From an uncultured virus (IMG/VR IMGVR_UViG_3300025162_000048) (lineage: Duplodnaviria > Heunggongvirae > Uroviricota > Caudoviricetes), in IMG/VR virus record IMGVR_UViG_3300025162_000048: a stretch of 64,000 nucleotides of DNA. One strand, 5' to 3'. The notes under the pieces are model-generated. The model saw only the letters and a program-made list of their open reading frames with translations. It ran no database searches and was not told where the DNA came from. Below are positions 49,860 to 58,251 of this stretch, piece by piece; the stretch's first letter is position 1, and every line of letters begins with the position of its first letter. The translations under genes were made by a program, and so were the position numbers.

Positions 49860-50375
49860 ATGATTATTACAAACACATTTGATACATTTACCGCGCCTGC
49901 CTTTGTATTTTTTGGAGTTCCGCCACCTGCCAGTGATGATCCAGACTTTGAAACTAAGAATGCTGAATATGAAAAAAATAAAAATAGCTTTATGGAACTT
50001 GCAGAAATAAAGGAAATGAAAGATAATATTGTATTAAAATTCTCACTAGGCTCAGTTCTTTTTGATCTTATCAATAGTGCATTACAGCTTAAAATCTTAG
50101 TTCCGCCAGAATCACCCAAACTGATGAAACGAATGGATAAGGAATTTATGGACTTTGCCATGACAAGCGACAATGAAGGCCAGATTGAAATGCCAGATTC
50201 ATGGCTGCCCTATATTGATAAAGTAATGAATGATGACCAATTGTACAGCCAAGCTATCATTCATGGAGAATTAATCTCTAAAGAACCAAATAAAAAGACA
50301 ATGCCACTGCGCAGCCGAGTCCTAAATTCCATGCCTAAAATTCGTGATGCTTTGTTAGTAATTCTTCCTTCATAA
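49860..50375 (+). CDS. hypothetical protein
   Basis: AAGGAG RBS, first gene of operon. Confidence 0.6.
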   Translation: MIITNTFDTFTAPAFVFFGVPPPASDDPDFETKNAEYEKNKNSFMELAEIKEMKDNIVLKFSLGSVLFDLINSALQLKILVPPESPKLMKRMDKEFMDFAMTSDNEGQIEMPDSWLPYIDKVMNDDQLYSQAIIHGELISKEPNKKTMPLRSRVLNSMPKIRDALLVILPS

Positions 50376-50385
50376 GAGGACAAAA

Positions 50386-50766
50386 ATGATTGAAAAGCTT
50401 ATCCGTAACCAAACTGGACTTGGACCTTTAACGGCAAATCACATTGGTTGGCTGCAAGGCATAGCTAAAGTCGCATTTAAAACCAAAAGTTCAGGCATTG
50501 TTTTCTACACGGAAAAGTCCAAACATTTTATTTATCTTTTCCCTACTGACGAACCAGACGCACATGAACCCAGAAAATCTAAGCCGATCGATGAATCACA
50601 ATTTATCCAATACTATAAAGCCGCAAATATTATGCTGAAAAGTTTGCTGGAACAAACTAAATCATTTTCCTCTTTGGTTCCATATTATAAAATAAAAATA
50701 GTAAGAACATTGCCAGATAAAGTGATTAAAAGTGAGAAATTAAATGCCAATCAAACCGGTGAGTGA
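50386..50766 (+). CDS. hypothetical protein
   Basis: GAGGA RBS, operon context. Confidence 0.6.
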   Translation: MIEKLIRNQTGLGPLTANHIGWLQGIAKVAFKTKSSGIVFYTEKSKHFIYLFPTDEPDAHEPRKSKPIDESQFIQYYKAANIMLKSLLEQTKSFSSLVPYYKIKIVRTLPDKVIKSEKLNANQTGE

Positions 50767-51277
50767 CTGGTCTTCAAGCTATGAAGATATTTTTTACAAG
50801 AATGTGACCGTAGATACTCAGCCAATGTTATGGGGCAAGTGGGTCGATCAAAACACCCAAGGACTTTCCGCCGCATCTCCTTATAACATTGCGACCGTAA
50901 CTTTAAACCGAGCCTCATTTCCACCAGTAACCGCACCGCCAGCACCCACACCAGCACCATTTTGCTCTCTGCTGGCTAATGCATGGTTCGCCTATATTGG
51001 AAGTGCAATCTGGGCACCCTGTCCTCCTATTCCACCCTTTTCTGCTATTGCTTCAGTCACGCCTTCAATGGTCGGAATAGCCGCAGCACAGGCTTCACTG
51101 ATGGCTTCCCTTATTGCGGCCATGACTCCCCCATCAATGCCAGATAAAGTTAGGGCTATGCAAATTGCCACAGCTTTTTATACTGCGACTTTGGCCAGCG
51201 GAATTATGATCAGCGGAACTTCTTTGCCTTCACCTACACCTATTCCTCTTGTCCTTCCCTTAATGCCAGTGATGTGA
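50744..51277 (+). CDS. Pro/Ala-rich hydrophobic protein
   Basis: 177 aa in operon; function unknown. Confidence 0.55.
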   Translation: MPIKPVSDWSSSYEDIFYKNVTVDTQPMLWGKWVDQNTQGLSAASPYNIATVTLNRASFPPVTAPPAPTPAPFCSLLANAWFAYIGSAIWAPCPPIPPFSAIASVTPSMVGIAAAQASLMASLIAAMTPPSMPDKVRAMQIATAFYTATLASGIMISGTSLPSPTPIPLVLPLMPVM

Positions 51278-51576
51278 TATCCTTTTTGAAAATCGGCACT
51301 GAGGGTTACTCTATGTTACATGAAAAAACCATTGATCTTGATGGAAATATTATCCATTTAGTTGAAACAAAATATAATAGTGAAACAGTCTTTGCATCTT
51401 ATTATCGCTGGAATGGTGTTTACAAAATCGCCAGTAGTTCTTTCCCTGTCACTCAAAATGATGTGAATAGACTACTTCAAACTGGAATTTTCGGTTATGG
51501 ACAATTGGTAACCGCAACACTTATCGAAAACAGTCAAGAAATTATTTACGAAGGATCTTGCGATCATGGAGATTAA
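51274..51576 (+). CDS. hypothetical protein
   Basis: Operon context; start uncertain. Confidence 0.5.
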   Translation: MISFLKIGTEGYSMLHEKTIDLDGNIIHLVETKYNSETVFASYYRWNGVYKIASSSFPVTQNDVNRLLQTGIFGYGQLVTATLIENSQEIIYEGSCDHGD

Positions 51577-51962
51577 ATATGTCAGCTGATCTTACCCCAA
51601 TTGAAGTTGAATTAAGAGATATGCTTGGATTTTGCGTTCATCATAATCAACTTAGTAAAGACAAATTTGATTTTGTTATTAAATATAAAGGTGGAACTGG
51701 CTGGAAACGCGGTGATGAAAAGCATTTTTATCTATGGAAATTACTAGCCGCAGAAGCTGAAAAATGTAAAGTACTTGAGGAAAATAAAGTTCGGGCAGGA
51801 CGGGATGCGCTAAAAAGAGAGAGAAAAAGATTGATCACATTACTTACAAGAGCAGGTAAAGAATTTCCTCATTTAGATCCAACAACATTAGCATTCTCAA
51901 TGGATATTGTCAGCTCAACGGATGCAGAAAAGACTATCTTTGGAGGAGTAAAAATAATATGA
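51558..51962 (+). CDS. hypothetical protein
   Basis: Operon context; likely start ATG 51579 after GGAG. Confidence 0.55.
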   Translation: MRSWRLNMSADLTPIEVELRDMLGFCVHHNQLSKDKFDFVIKYKGGTGWKRGDEKHFYLWKLLAAEAEKCKVLEENKVRAGRDALKRERKRLITLLTRAGKEFPHLDPTTLAFSMDIVSSTDAEKTIFGGVKII

Positions 51963-52450
51963 AAGGCAATGATGTCGTTCTTAGCCGAGGCTGGAATGGT
52001 TGGCCTACACCCCTCGACCTATTTGAACAACTCAATTCAGTTTTTCACTTTGATATTGATTTGGCTGCCAATAAGGATAATACTCTTTGTGAACACTATT
52101 TCTCCGAAGACGATGACTCTCTCCTTGAAAACTGGACGGATCTCACTGGCTTTTTAAATCCTCCCTATAACATTGGAAGAGATTTTGTTGAAAAATGTAT
52201 CGCCGAAAATGATAACGCAAAACTTGTCTGTCTATTAATTCCTGCTCGAGTAGATACACGCTGGTTCCATTTTGTTCCAGAAGGAATATGGTGTTTCTTC
52301 TTTAAAGGCAGACTTAAATTTGGCAGACTTGAAAAAAACTCACCAGCACCATTTCCTTCTTGTCTGCTTTTATTCGGACAAGACCGCGATATAGCTAAAG
52401 CTAAACTAAATACGATATTAAAAAATAAAGGACGATGGGTTTTACTGTGA
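51959..52450 (+). CDS. phage Dam-family DNA N6-adenine methyltransferase
   Basis: WPTP..LF..L...FHFDIDLAA, NPPY, LIPARVDTRWFH, GRLKF. Confidence 0.85.
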   Translation: MKGNDVVLSRGWNGWPTPLDLFEQLNSVFHFDIDLAANKDNTLCEHYFSEDDDSLLENWTDLTGFLNPPYNIGRDFVEKCIAENDNAKLVCLLIPARVDTRWFHFVPEGIWCFFFKGRLKFGRLEKNSPAPFPSCLLLFGQDRDIAKAKLNTILKNKGRWVLL

Positions 52451-52641
52451 AAATATTAAAACTATATGAAGATAAATATGTGATTTATAAAAGTGAATAT
52501 GGTGAGCATTACCGGTTCGAAGCATTCCGGTATGGCGAACCGTGGAGAGACTTAACCGGCGATAATTTGATCGGAGCGCTTATAGATAAGATTGAAGAAC
52601 TCGAATCGAAATTAAAAGGACAAATTAATGGAACTACATGA
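52435..52641 (+). CDS. hypothetical protein
   Basis: EAFRYGEPWRDLTGDNLI; operon context. Confidence 0.55.
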   Translation: MGFTVKILKLYEDKYVIYKSEYGEHYRFEAFRYGEPWRDLTGDNLIGALIDKIEELESKLKGQINGTT

Positions 52642-52882
52642 TTGGTCAGTATGGCAGCCAGAAAATTTCATCTGTATTACGGGTAAGGTATACGGCAATC
52701 CAAACTTTCGAGATGGAAAGATCGTTACCACTTCTGCGGTTGAAACTTTCGATACAAAAAATATGAAGATTAAGACGAGAAACAGTACCTATGACCTTAA
52801 ACGGCCGGAAATAAGATTCATGAAGGACTTAGAATCACGCGGCAAGACACTTATGGACTTCCATACTGGCGACATCCCTTGA
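52628..52882 (+). CDS. small phage hypothetical protein
   Basis: WSV...GKVYGNPNFRDGKIVTTS...TRNSTY; AAAGGA RBS. Confidence 0.6.
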   Translation: MELHDWSVWQPENFICITGKVYGNPNFRDGKIVTTSAVETFDTKNMKIKTRNSTYDLKRPEIRFMKDLESRGKTLMDFHTGDIP

Positions 52883-52945
52883 CAACTTTTTTTTAAGCTT
52901 ATGTTAAAAACACCAATAACTTAATAACATTCAAGGAGATTTTTT

Positions 52946-53278
52946 ATGTACTTCAAGTCATATATTGATAAGGAATTGTTTAACATCATTAAAGGGGCAG
53001 AAAAAGAACTTTCCAAATGCTTCGTAGTCAGTCTCGAAGATCATTCCGAGGAAGAGTTACGGAAAGCACTTGAGAAAAAAATGGCAGAAAAACAAAAAAA
53101 GCTCACTCGCACTGAACAGACCAAAGCAAAACTTGCCGATGTCTTTAAGGAAATAAATGAAGTGACCGTTGATGATGAATCCACAGCCTGCACTGCTTCA
53201 TTTTCTTTTGTAACGGATAAAGGACAAAAAGGAAGAGGAATACTATCTCTGGAAAAGGAAAAGTTCTTCACTGGTTAG
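52946..53278 (+). CDS. hypothetical protein
   Basis: AAGGAG RBS. Confidence 0.6.
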   Translation: MYFKSYIDKELFNIIKGAEKELSKCFVVSLEDHSEEELRKALEKKMAEKQKKLTRTEQTKAKLADVFKEINEVTVDDESTACTASFSFVTDKGQKGRGILSLEKEKFFTG

Positions 53279-53594
53279 TAAGTTTTTTACGAAAATAAAA
53301 CAAATAGCTAAGATACAAAATAATATATAAGCCTATCCAAAGCCAAGGATTTTCTGAGATAAAAAAAGAACTTCCAGATAGAGTAATAAACGAAACTAAG
53401 ACAATAACATCTAGTTTAAATGTCTGTTGTTTCTTGGTCAAAACAGAAGAAGATGAATAGAAAGTTCCTGCGAAATAGCCCGCATCGTATTGATGAGCCG
53501 CACGGTCTGCAATCTGTTTAATCATGTCGGGATTATCCAATTCTTTTTGATATTCATCTAATCTATATTGTGGATCTTCCTTAAACTCCTTCAT
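53268..53594 (-). CDS. two-TM membrane protein
   Basis: Two C-terminal hydrophobic helices; ATGA coupling. Confidence 0.6.
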   Translation of the reverse strand: MKEFKEDPQYRLDEYQKELDNPDMIKQIADRAAHQYDAGYFAGTFYSSSSVLTKKQQTFKLDVIVLVSFITLSGSSFFISENPWLWIGLYIILYLSYLFYFRKKLTNQ

Positions 53595-53926
53595 TCACAT
53601 TCACCTTTTTTCTCAGAAATGACATAATCATCAGCTCTTTTGGAATCTATTTCTTTACCGTCTTTATATGTTTTTTCCATACAATTGATTCCCCATGTCT
53701 GAATGTATTGGCGTTGCCCAGGACCGACCACACCACCACCAAAAGAACCTGTATCAGCATCACTCGCGCAACCAAAGTCGATTTTGTCATATGTTTTAGT
53801 TTCATATTTTTGACAACTGGTAAAAGTACCGTTCGAAGGGCCAATGTCATCTTTAAGATCAGAGCCGCTTTGACCGCAAGATACAATCAAAATTCCGGCA
53901 GAAACCATAAGTAATATTTTCTTCAT
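53591..53926 (-). CDS. small Cys-containing lipoprotein
   Basis: MKKILLMVSAGILIVSC lipobox. Confidence 0.7.
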   Translation of the reverse strand: MKKILLMVSAGILIVSCGQSGSDLKDDIGPSNGTFTSCQKYETKTYDKIDFGCASDADTGSFGGGVVGPGQRQYIQTWGINCMEKTYKDGKEIDSKRADDYVISEKKGECE

Positions 53927-53943
53927 TAAAAAATCCTTTCTTG

Positions 53944-54735
53944 TTAATTTGGATAGATCACTTTTAATGTATTGTAGAATTCATTTGAACAGCTTTTTAA
54001 TTGATCGTTAAGTCCACCTTTATTCGGATCGACTGCACGCAAGCATCGTTTTATGGTATTGAAAGCTTCCCATACTTTAGCTTTGGTAGCGGCCTCGGCT
54101 GAATCTGCAATATGGCGAGCAGCGGCTTCAGCCTCATTTTGAAATTGCATCAGCAATACATCATATTGTTCGAAATGAGCCGCGCAGCTCGCTTGGTCAG
54201 CCGCGATTTTGCCAAACATTCCAGAGGCAGATCCCACTGCTTGAAACAGCATATTTTTGCGGATCATGGCTTCATCTAATCCGGCATATTGTGATCTTAG
54301 AGAGGCTTCATTGTCGAACCAAGTTCCCATAATATCGTCAACACTCGGATGAAATGATGGCTCAACTCGACCTCTTGGCCATGCTCCCTTCCACATACCT
54401 TTCATTTGACCAATATCATTTGAACTACTCATCTTTTGAGCTTCACAGAGAAATTTATCTGAGTACCAGTATCCCCACCAAGGATCGCCATTTAAATCCT
54501 CGCGCATAACAAGTTCTTGAGGAGTTGAATCGACATTGGTAAGGTCGTAGCCAAGAGCCGCATTGTATGGGATATTTTTGTTGGTATAGACGCATTTGTA
54601 AACAGATTTATTTGGATTACTCGAAATATATCCTTTTAATGGGCGTAAGCAACTCCATGTAAATGCAGTGTCATCGGCTAAAGCCGTTGTTGATACCAGT
54701 GCCAAAGTTAATGCAAGAGATGTCCTAAAATTCAT
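53944..54735 (-). CDS. secreted protein
   Basis: Sec signal peptide ending ALA-DD; six Cys. Confidence 0.7.
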   Translation of the reverse strand: MNFRTSLALTLALVSTTALADDTAFTWSCLRPLKGYISSNPNKSVYKCVYTNKNIPYNAALGYDLTNVDSTPQELVMREDLNGDPWWGYWYSDKFLCEAQKMSSSNDIGQMKGMWKGAWPRGRVEPSFHPSVDDIMGTWFDNEASLRSQYAGLDEAMIRKNMLFQAVGSASGMFGKIAADQASCAAHFEQYDVLLMQFQNEAEAAARHIADSAEAATKAKVWEAFNTIKRCLRAVDPNKGGLNDQLKSCSNEFYNTLKVIYPN

Positions 54736-54774
54736 ATATGGTTCCTTTATGTTAATTGTTTATCCACCATGTAA

Positions 54775-55803
54775 TCACCAATCATGACATGGGGCTGTTT
54801 TAGAACTTTTATTTAAACAAGATTCAATGAGAACTAAGTTATGCCTGAAAGTATTCATATCGCCGTTATTTTTCAATAAGTCATATTGTTCAGATAGCTT
54901 TTTTTCGAGATATTTTTTCTGGATACTGCGATCTAATTGATTTACTATTTCGGGTTTATCCATCAATTCTGCGGCATTTTCCATATGATTCAAATAAGGA
55001 AGTGTGTTGGTTTTCAGTAACTGAGAATCTTTAGATGTGTGTACCGACGCCAAGGCATCTGGCAATCCTTTAGCATTGAAGCCTGCGGTTTGAAGATATA
55101 GTTTACAAATCGCTTCAGGATGCTTATTTAAAAACGCCTGAATTTTATCCTTAGCAGTACCCTCTTCTAAATCATTAGCCAAAACCTTTAATTCATCTGT
55201 ATAGTTTTTCGGGCATTCTAAAAGCATCTCGGCCTGCGTTCCGAACTCATAACTTTCAATGAAGGCATCCCCGCAGGTATCAAAGAAAGCTGGAACTTGA
55301 AGTAATGATTGATAAGTCTGTGCATCGAACTCGCGATTGAGGAAAGAGAACTTTTGATGTCGTTGAGAGGATCGGATGAACACATAAGATTTATCAGTGC
55401 TGAGTAGCTTTTCAAAAATACTATCTATAGCGCCATCAGTGAGGACTTTTTCTTTTTTAAAGTTGCTAGAGGTCGCCAGGAGAATATTAAAGTCGGTAGG
55501 TGCGAATTTGGATAGTGCTTCTTGATTATCCAAATAGGCTGTTTCAAATTTAGGGTTAGGTGCCATTGGGTCGGCAACATAAGCGCTGTGTTTGATACAT
55601 GACACTTGCTTGGGAAAATCGTAGTGAGTGTAAGGGCCAACCAGGGAGTTTACTCCAGCACCGACGAGTGGCTGATAGCGTTCGCCCATCAATTGAATGA
55701 CTTCCAGAGTACCGGGTTTAGAATCAGCCTTTGGAGCATCTGTGTGTGTTCCACATGCACCCAATAACGGCACAAGCCCAATTAATAACTTTTTCATATG
55801 CAA
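54775..55803 (-). CDS. MACPF-like lipoprotein, divergent paralog
   Basis: LGAC lipobox; VGAGVNSLVG, FFDTCGDAFIESYEFG, late PY. Confidence 0.6.
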   Translation of the reverse strand: MHMKKLLIGLVPLLGACGTHTDAPKADSKPGTLEVIQLMGERYQPLVGAGVNSLVGPYTHYDFPKQVSCIKHSAYVADPMAPNPKFETAYLDNQEALSKFAPTDFNILLATSSNFKKEKVLTDGAIDSIFEKLLSTDKSYVFIRSSQRHQKFSFLNREFDAQTYQSLLQVPAFFDTCGDAFIESYEFGTQAEMLLECPKNYTDELKVLANDLEEGTAKDKIQAFLNKHPEAICKLYLQTAGFNAKGLPDALASVHTSKDSQLLKTNTLPYLNHMENAAELMDKPEIVNQLDRSIQKKYLEKKLSEQYDLLKNNGDMNTFRHNLVLIESCLNKSSKTAPCHDW

Positions 55804-55809
55804 ACTCCT

Positions 55810-56985
55810 TTAAAGCCAGCCATCATCTGGATTACACGCTGAGGAAATATTGGGATGTTTGGCACAATTATAGTTAAAATCAGCTTGTTTTTGCAGGTTA
55901 TATTCAAGATCGATCTTTTTTGAAAGAAGTTTTTTGTATTCAGTTTCAGAGATTCCACTATAATCTTTTTTATATTTAGCCAAAAGCAATTCAGTGCCAG
56001 TCAATTGATTGAACATTTCATTGAAGTTTTGTTGACCGGTAAGAACTAATTGTTTCTCTGCATTATAGTCATGTTTAATTTTCGGTAAAACTTTTTCTTT
56101 AAAATCCAAATTTTGAATCATGGTGTATGGTGTGGTGCCAACTTTCATTAGCTTGGCGCTTTCAATAGGGGCTTTTTCTACATAGTCTAAGAAAATTTGA
56201 GGTGCAGCGCTAATATTATCGCCAGCGATTGATAACGTTCCGTTGCCACCAAGATGGTAATACCAAATATGGCAAGCACCACTTACGTTTTTCTGCATTT
56301 CTTCTAAAGATTTAGTGTCCTTGACGTTAGCATGGATTGACCAACTATTTACTCCAGCTTGTATCACTTTTTCATTTTTTTCTTTATCAGTGACGCTGGT
56401 AGCTTCGCAATCAATAAGCCCATAAGCGACGATGCCTGAAATTAAAGATGAAATGAATTCATCTCCACAGCTATCGAACCAATCTTCTGGATGTTTAGAA
56501 TAGATGTCGATAATTTTGGGGTCCACGTCGAAATCTGACATAGTATTGCTTGCAAAAATTCGAGAGGCTGTCATTAGTGCGTAAGAATGGGTTGATTCTA
56601 AGCGAAACTCTGCAATATTTTTGGTTGTGCTGTTATAGGTTGCACCAATAAGATTTTTCTTAATAGAAGCGTTAATGCCAACTTCGAGAGAAAAATCTGA
56701 CTCTACAATTCTGGAAAGTTCATTTTGATCTTTAAGCCAATAGACTTCAACTGTGGAATTCGCACCGGTACCCCCTGTATATCCCATAGAAGCGCGTTTA
56801 ACACAGAATGCCATATCATAATTTGGCAAAATTCCTGTTAGGGTATTAACACCTTTCCCGATATCCAAGTTTGCTGCATCTACCGGAACAGAAATAGGCA
56901 ATCCTTTTAAAGCACTAGAATTATCACCTCCACTATTGGAACAAGATACTAAAAATGCAGGTAGTGCTAAGAATAATTTTTTCAC
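55810..56985 (-). CDS. MACPF-like pore-forming lipoprotein
   Basis: LVSC lipobox; IGKGVNTLTG, WFDSCGDEFISSLISG, HIWYYHLGG, TTPY, two amphipathic TMH-like segments. Confidence 0.7.
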   Translation of the reverse strand: MKKLFLALPAFLVSCSNSGGDNSSALKGLPISVPVDAANLDIGKGVNTLTGILPNYDMAFCVKRASMGYTGGTGANSTVEVYWLKDQNELSRIVESDFSLEVGINASIKKNLIGATYNSTTKNIAEFRLESTHSYALMTASRIFASNTMSDFDVDPKIIDIYSKHPEDWFDSCGDEFISSLISGIVAYGLIDCEATSVTDKEKNEKVIQAGVNSWSIHANVKDTKSLEEMQKNVSGACHIWYYHLGGNGTLSIAGDNISAAPQIFLDYVEKAPIESAKLMKVGTTPYTMIQNLDFKEKVLPKIKHDYNAEKQLVLTGQQNFNEMFNQLTGTELLLAKYKKDYSGISETEYKKLLSKKIDLEYNLQKQADFNYNCAKHPNISSACNPDDGWL

Positions 56986-57049
56986 TTAGTTACACCTCTC
57001 AATGAAAAGTTTTTGTTAATTCGGAAAATATTATTTCCAGATCAAAACC

Positions 57050-57078
57050 TATATATAATTTCACAAAATTGATGTCAA
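57050..57078 (-). promoter_or_regulatory. sigma-70-type promoter of exported-protein cassette
   Basis: TTGACA-N17-TATATA. Confidence 0.5.
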
Positions 57079-57142
57079 GGATTTTTTGTATTAATAGATT
57101 TCGAACAAAAACTCTTTTAATTCAAGAGGATAGGAAAAGGAA

Positions 57143-57529
57143 TTATCTTCTGGCAGTCATTCCAATTTGTTGCATCGTCATAACAATCGGTGGCGGTCTT
57201 TTTGCCCTGTTTCTTTTCATTTCCAGCCTATTCCACCCGGCTGTGTTTTCATGTTTGGGATCATTCCAATGGCACGTATTGTGTAATTTGATTTCCGATA
57301 AACGAATGCCAGCATAATTCTTCAGCCATAACATCGCAGCCTTCTGAACGTCAATTAATGAATCAAATCCACACTCTGATACAGCAACTTTTTCTGATAA
57401 TTGAATTTTGTTTAAAAAATTAAATGGAGCAACCCATCCAAAACAGTTTTGGATTCTAATTATTCGACAAACTATCTCATCTTTATGTTTGAACGCACAA
57501 ATGTCGTTGTTCATAAAAAACACCTCCAT
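57143..57529 (-). CDS. hypothetical protein
   Basis: Likely start ATG 57514 behind GGAGG. Confidence 0.5.
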   Translation of the reverse strand: MEVFFMNNDICAFKHKDEIVCRIIRIQNCFGWVAPFNFLNKIQLSEKVAVSECGFDSLIDVQKAAMLWLKNYAGIRLSEIKLHNTCHWNDPKHENTAGWNRLEMKRNRAKRPPPIVMTMQQIGMTARR

Positions 57530-57739
57530 ATCCTATATGTAGTGAATATCCCTGTTTCATAACACTGTCAAATTTTCGATCTTGTTTTTTCCCGATTTTT
57601 CCTTGTTAGTTTTTTATTTTTATCTGAAATCGAATGATATTGAAATTTATGGGAAATACCAGATTTTCTTTTTTCAAATAGGATGTTCGTTTGTCATAAG
57701 TACATTTAAATAGAAAGGAGATTGATATGATAGGCTTTT

Positions 57740-58207
57740 TCGTATAGTCACGACAAGGAAGGTCATCTTGTTTTTTCGCCACAAGATAGTTATCTGGTTT
57801 CTCATCCAGACTGATCACATACAAGTATGCAATCTATTTTTGCCAGTCTCACTCTGGCTGACAGTGGTGATACAGTCATGCCTCAAATTTCTCCTTGGCA
57901 CTTCTAAAAACCCCACGTATTGTATCGATAACCAACTTCACTCGACCGCTGTAATTCGCAATGATAAAAAGGTGAGATCGTCAAGATGATGTTATGCACA
58001 CATCATTCGCAAGGCTTGAACTTGCTAAACTGGCAAAAGCCAGTTATTAACCGATAAACAATACTCATCGACCATTGCGCTTATAGAATAAGATAGATTT
58101 TTTTATTTGTCAATCGTTGCAAACACAAGAGCAATGATTGTGATGCTGACCAGTTATATTTAGATATTTATGAGCGAGAAATGCACAAATACCCGCAGCA
58201 AACGTTA
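57740..58207 (-). ncRNA. candidate ~470-nt highly structured RNA, family not recognised
   Basis: More than 12 consecutive hairpins, long-range helices and loop-loop complementarities; sigma-28-like promoter immediately upstream. Confidence 0.55.
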
Positions 58208-58250
58208 CTAAAGTTATCGCAATTATCACTTTTACTTTTATCATATTCAT
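58110..58250 (-). CDS. possible 46-aa single-TM peptide with His/Cys tail
   Basis: Not in track: MNMIKVKVIIAITLVTFAAGICAFLAHKYLNITGQHHNHCSCVCND; AGGA RBS; starts 2 nt after recombinase stop; overlaps candidate RNA. Confidence 0.35.
   Translation of the reverse strand: MNMIKVKVIIAITLVTFAAGICAFLAHKYLNITGQHHNHCSCVCND
58214..58240 (-). promoter_or_regulatory. sigma-28-like promoter pointing into the structured region
   Basis: TAAA-N15-TGCGATAA; same -10 variant as at 59913; AT-rich context weakens the -35 match. Confidence 0.45.
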
Positions 58251-58251
58251 A

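Noticed and set aside
57606..57989. Track ORFs 57606..57824(-) and 57768..57989(+)
   Set aside because: No convincing RBS or protein features; overlap the structured element
57530..58250. CRISPR or TIGR-like array, group I intron, RNase P, tmRNA or c-di-GMP-I riboswitch
   Set aside because: No regularly spaced repeats; GACUAUACG and CAGUCU-like pieces are in the wrong order for group I P7; only fragmentary resemblance to RNase P or GEMM consensus; no tRNA-like ends
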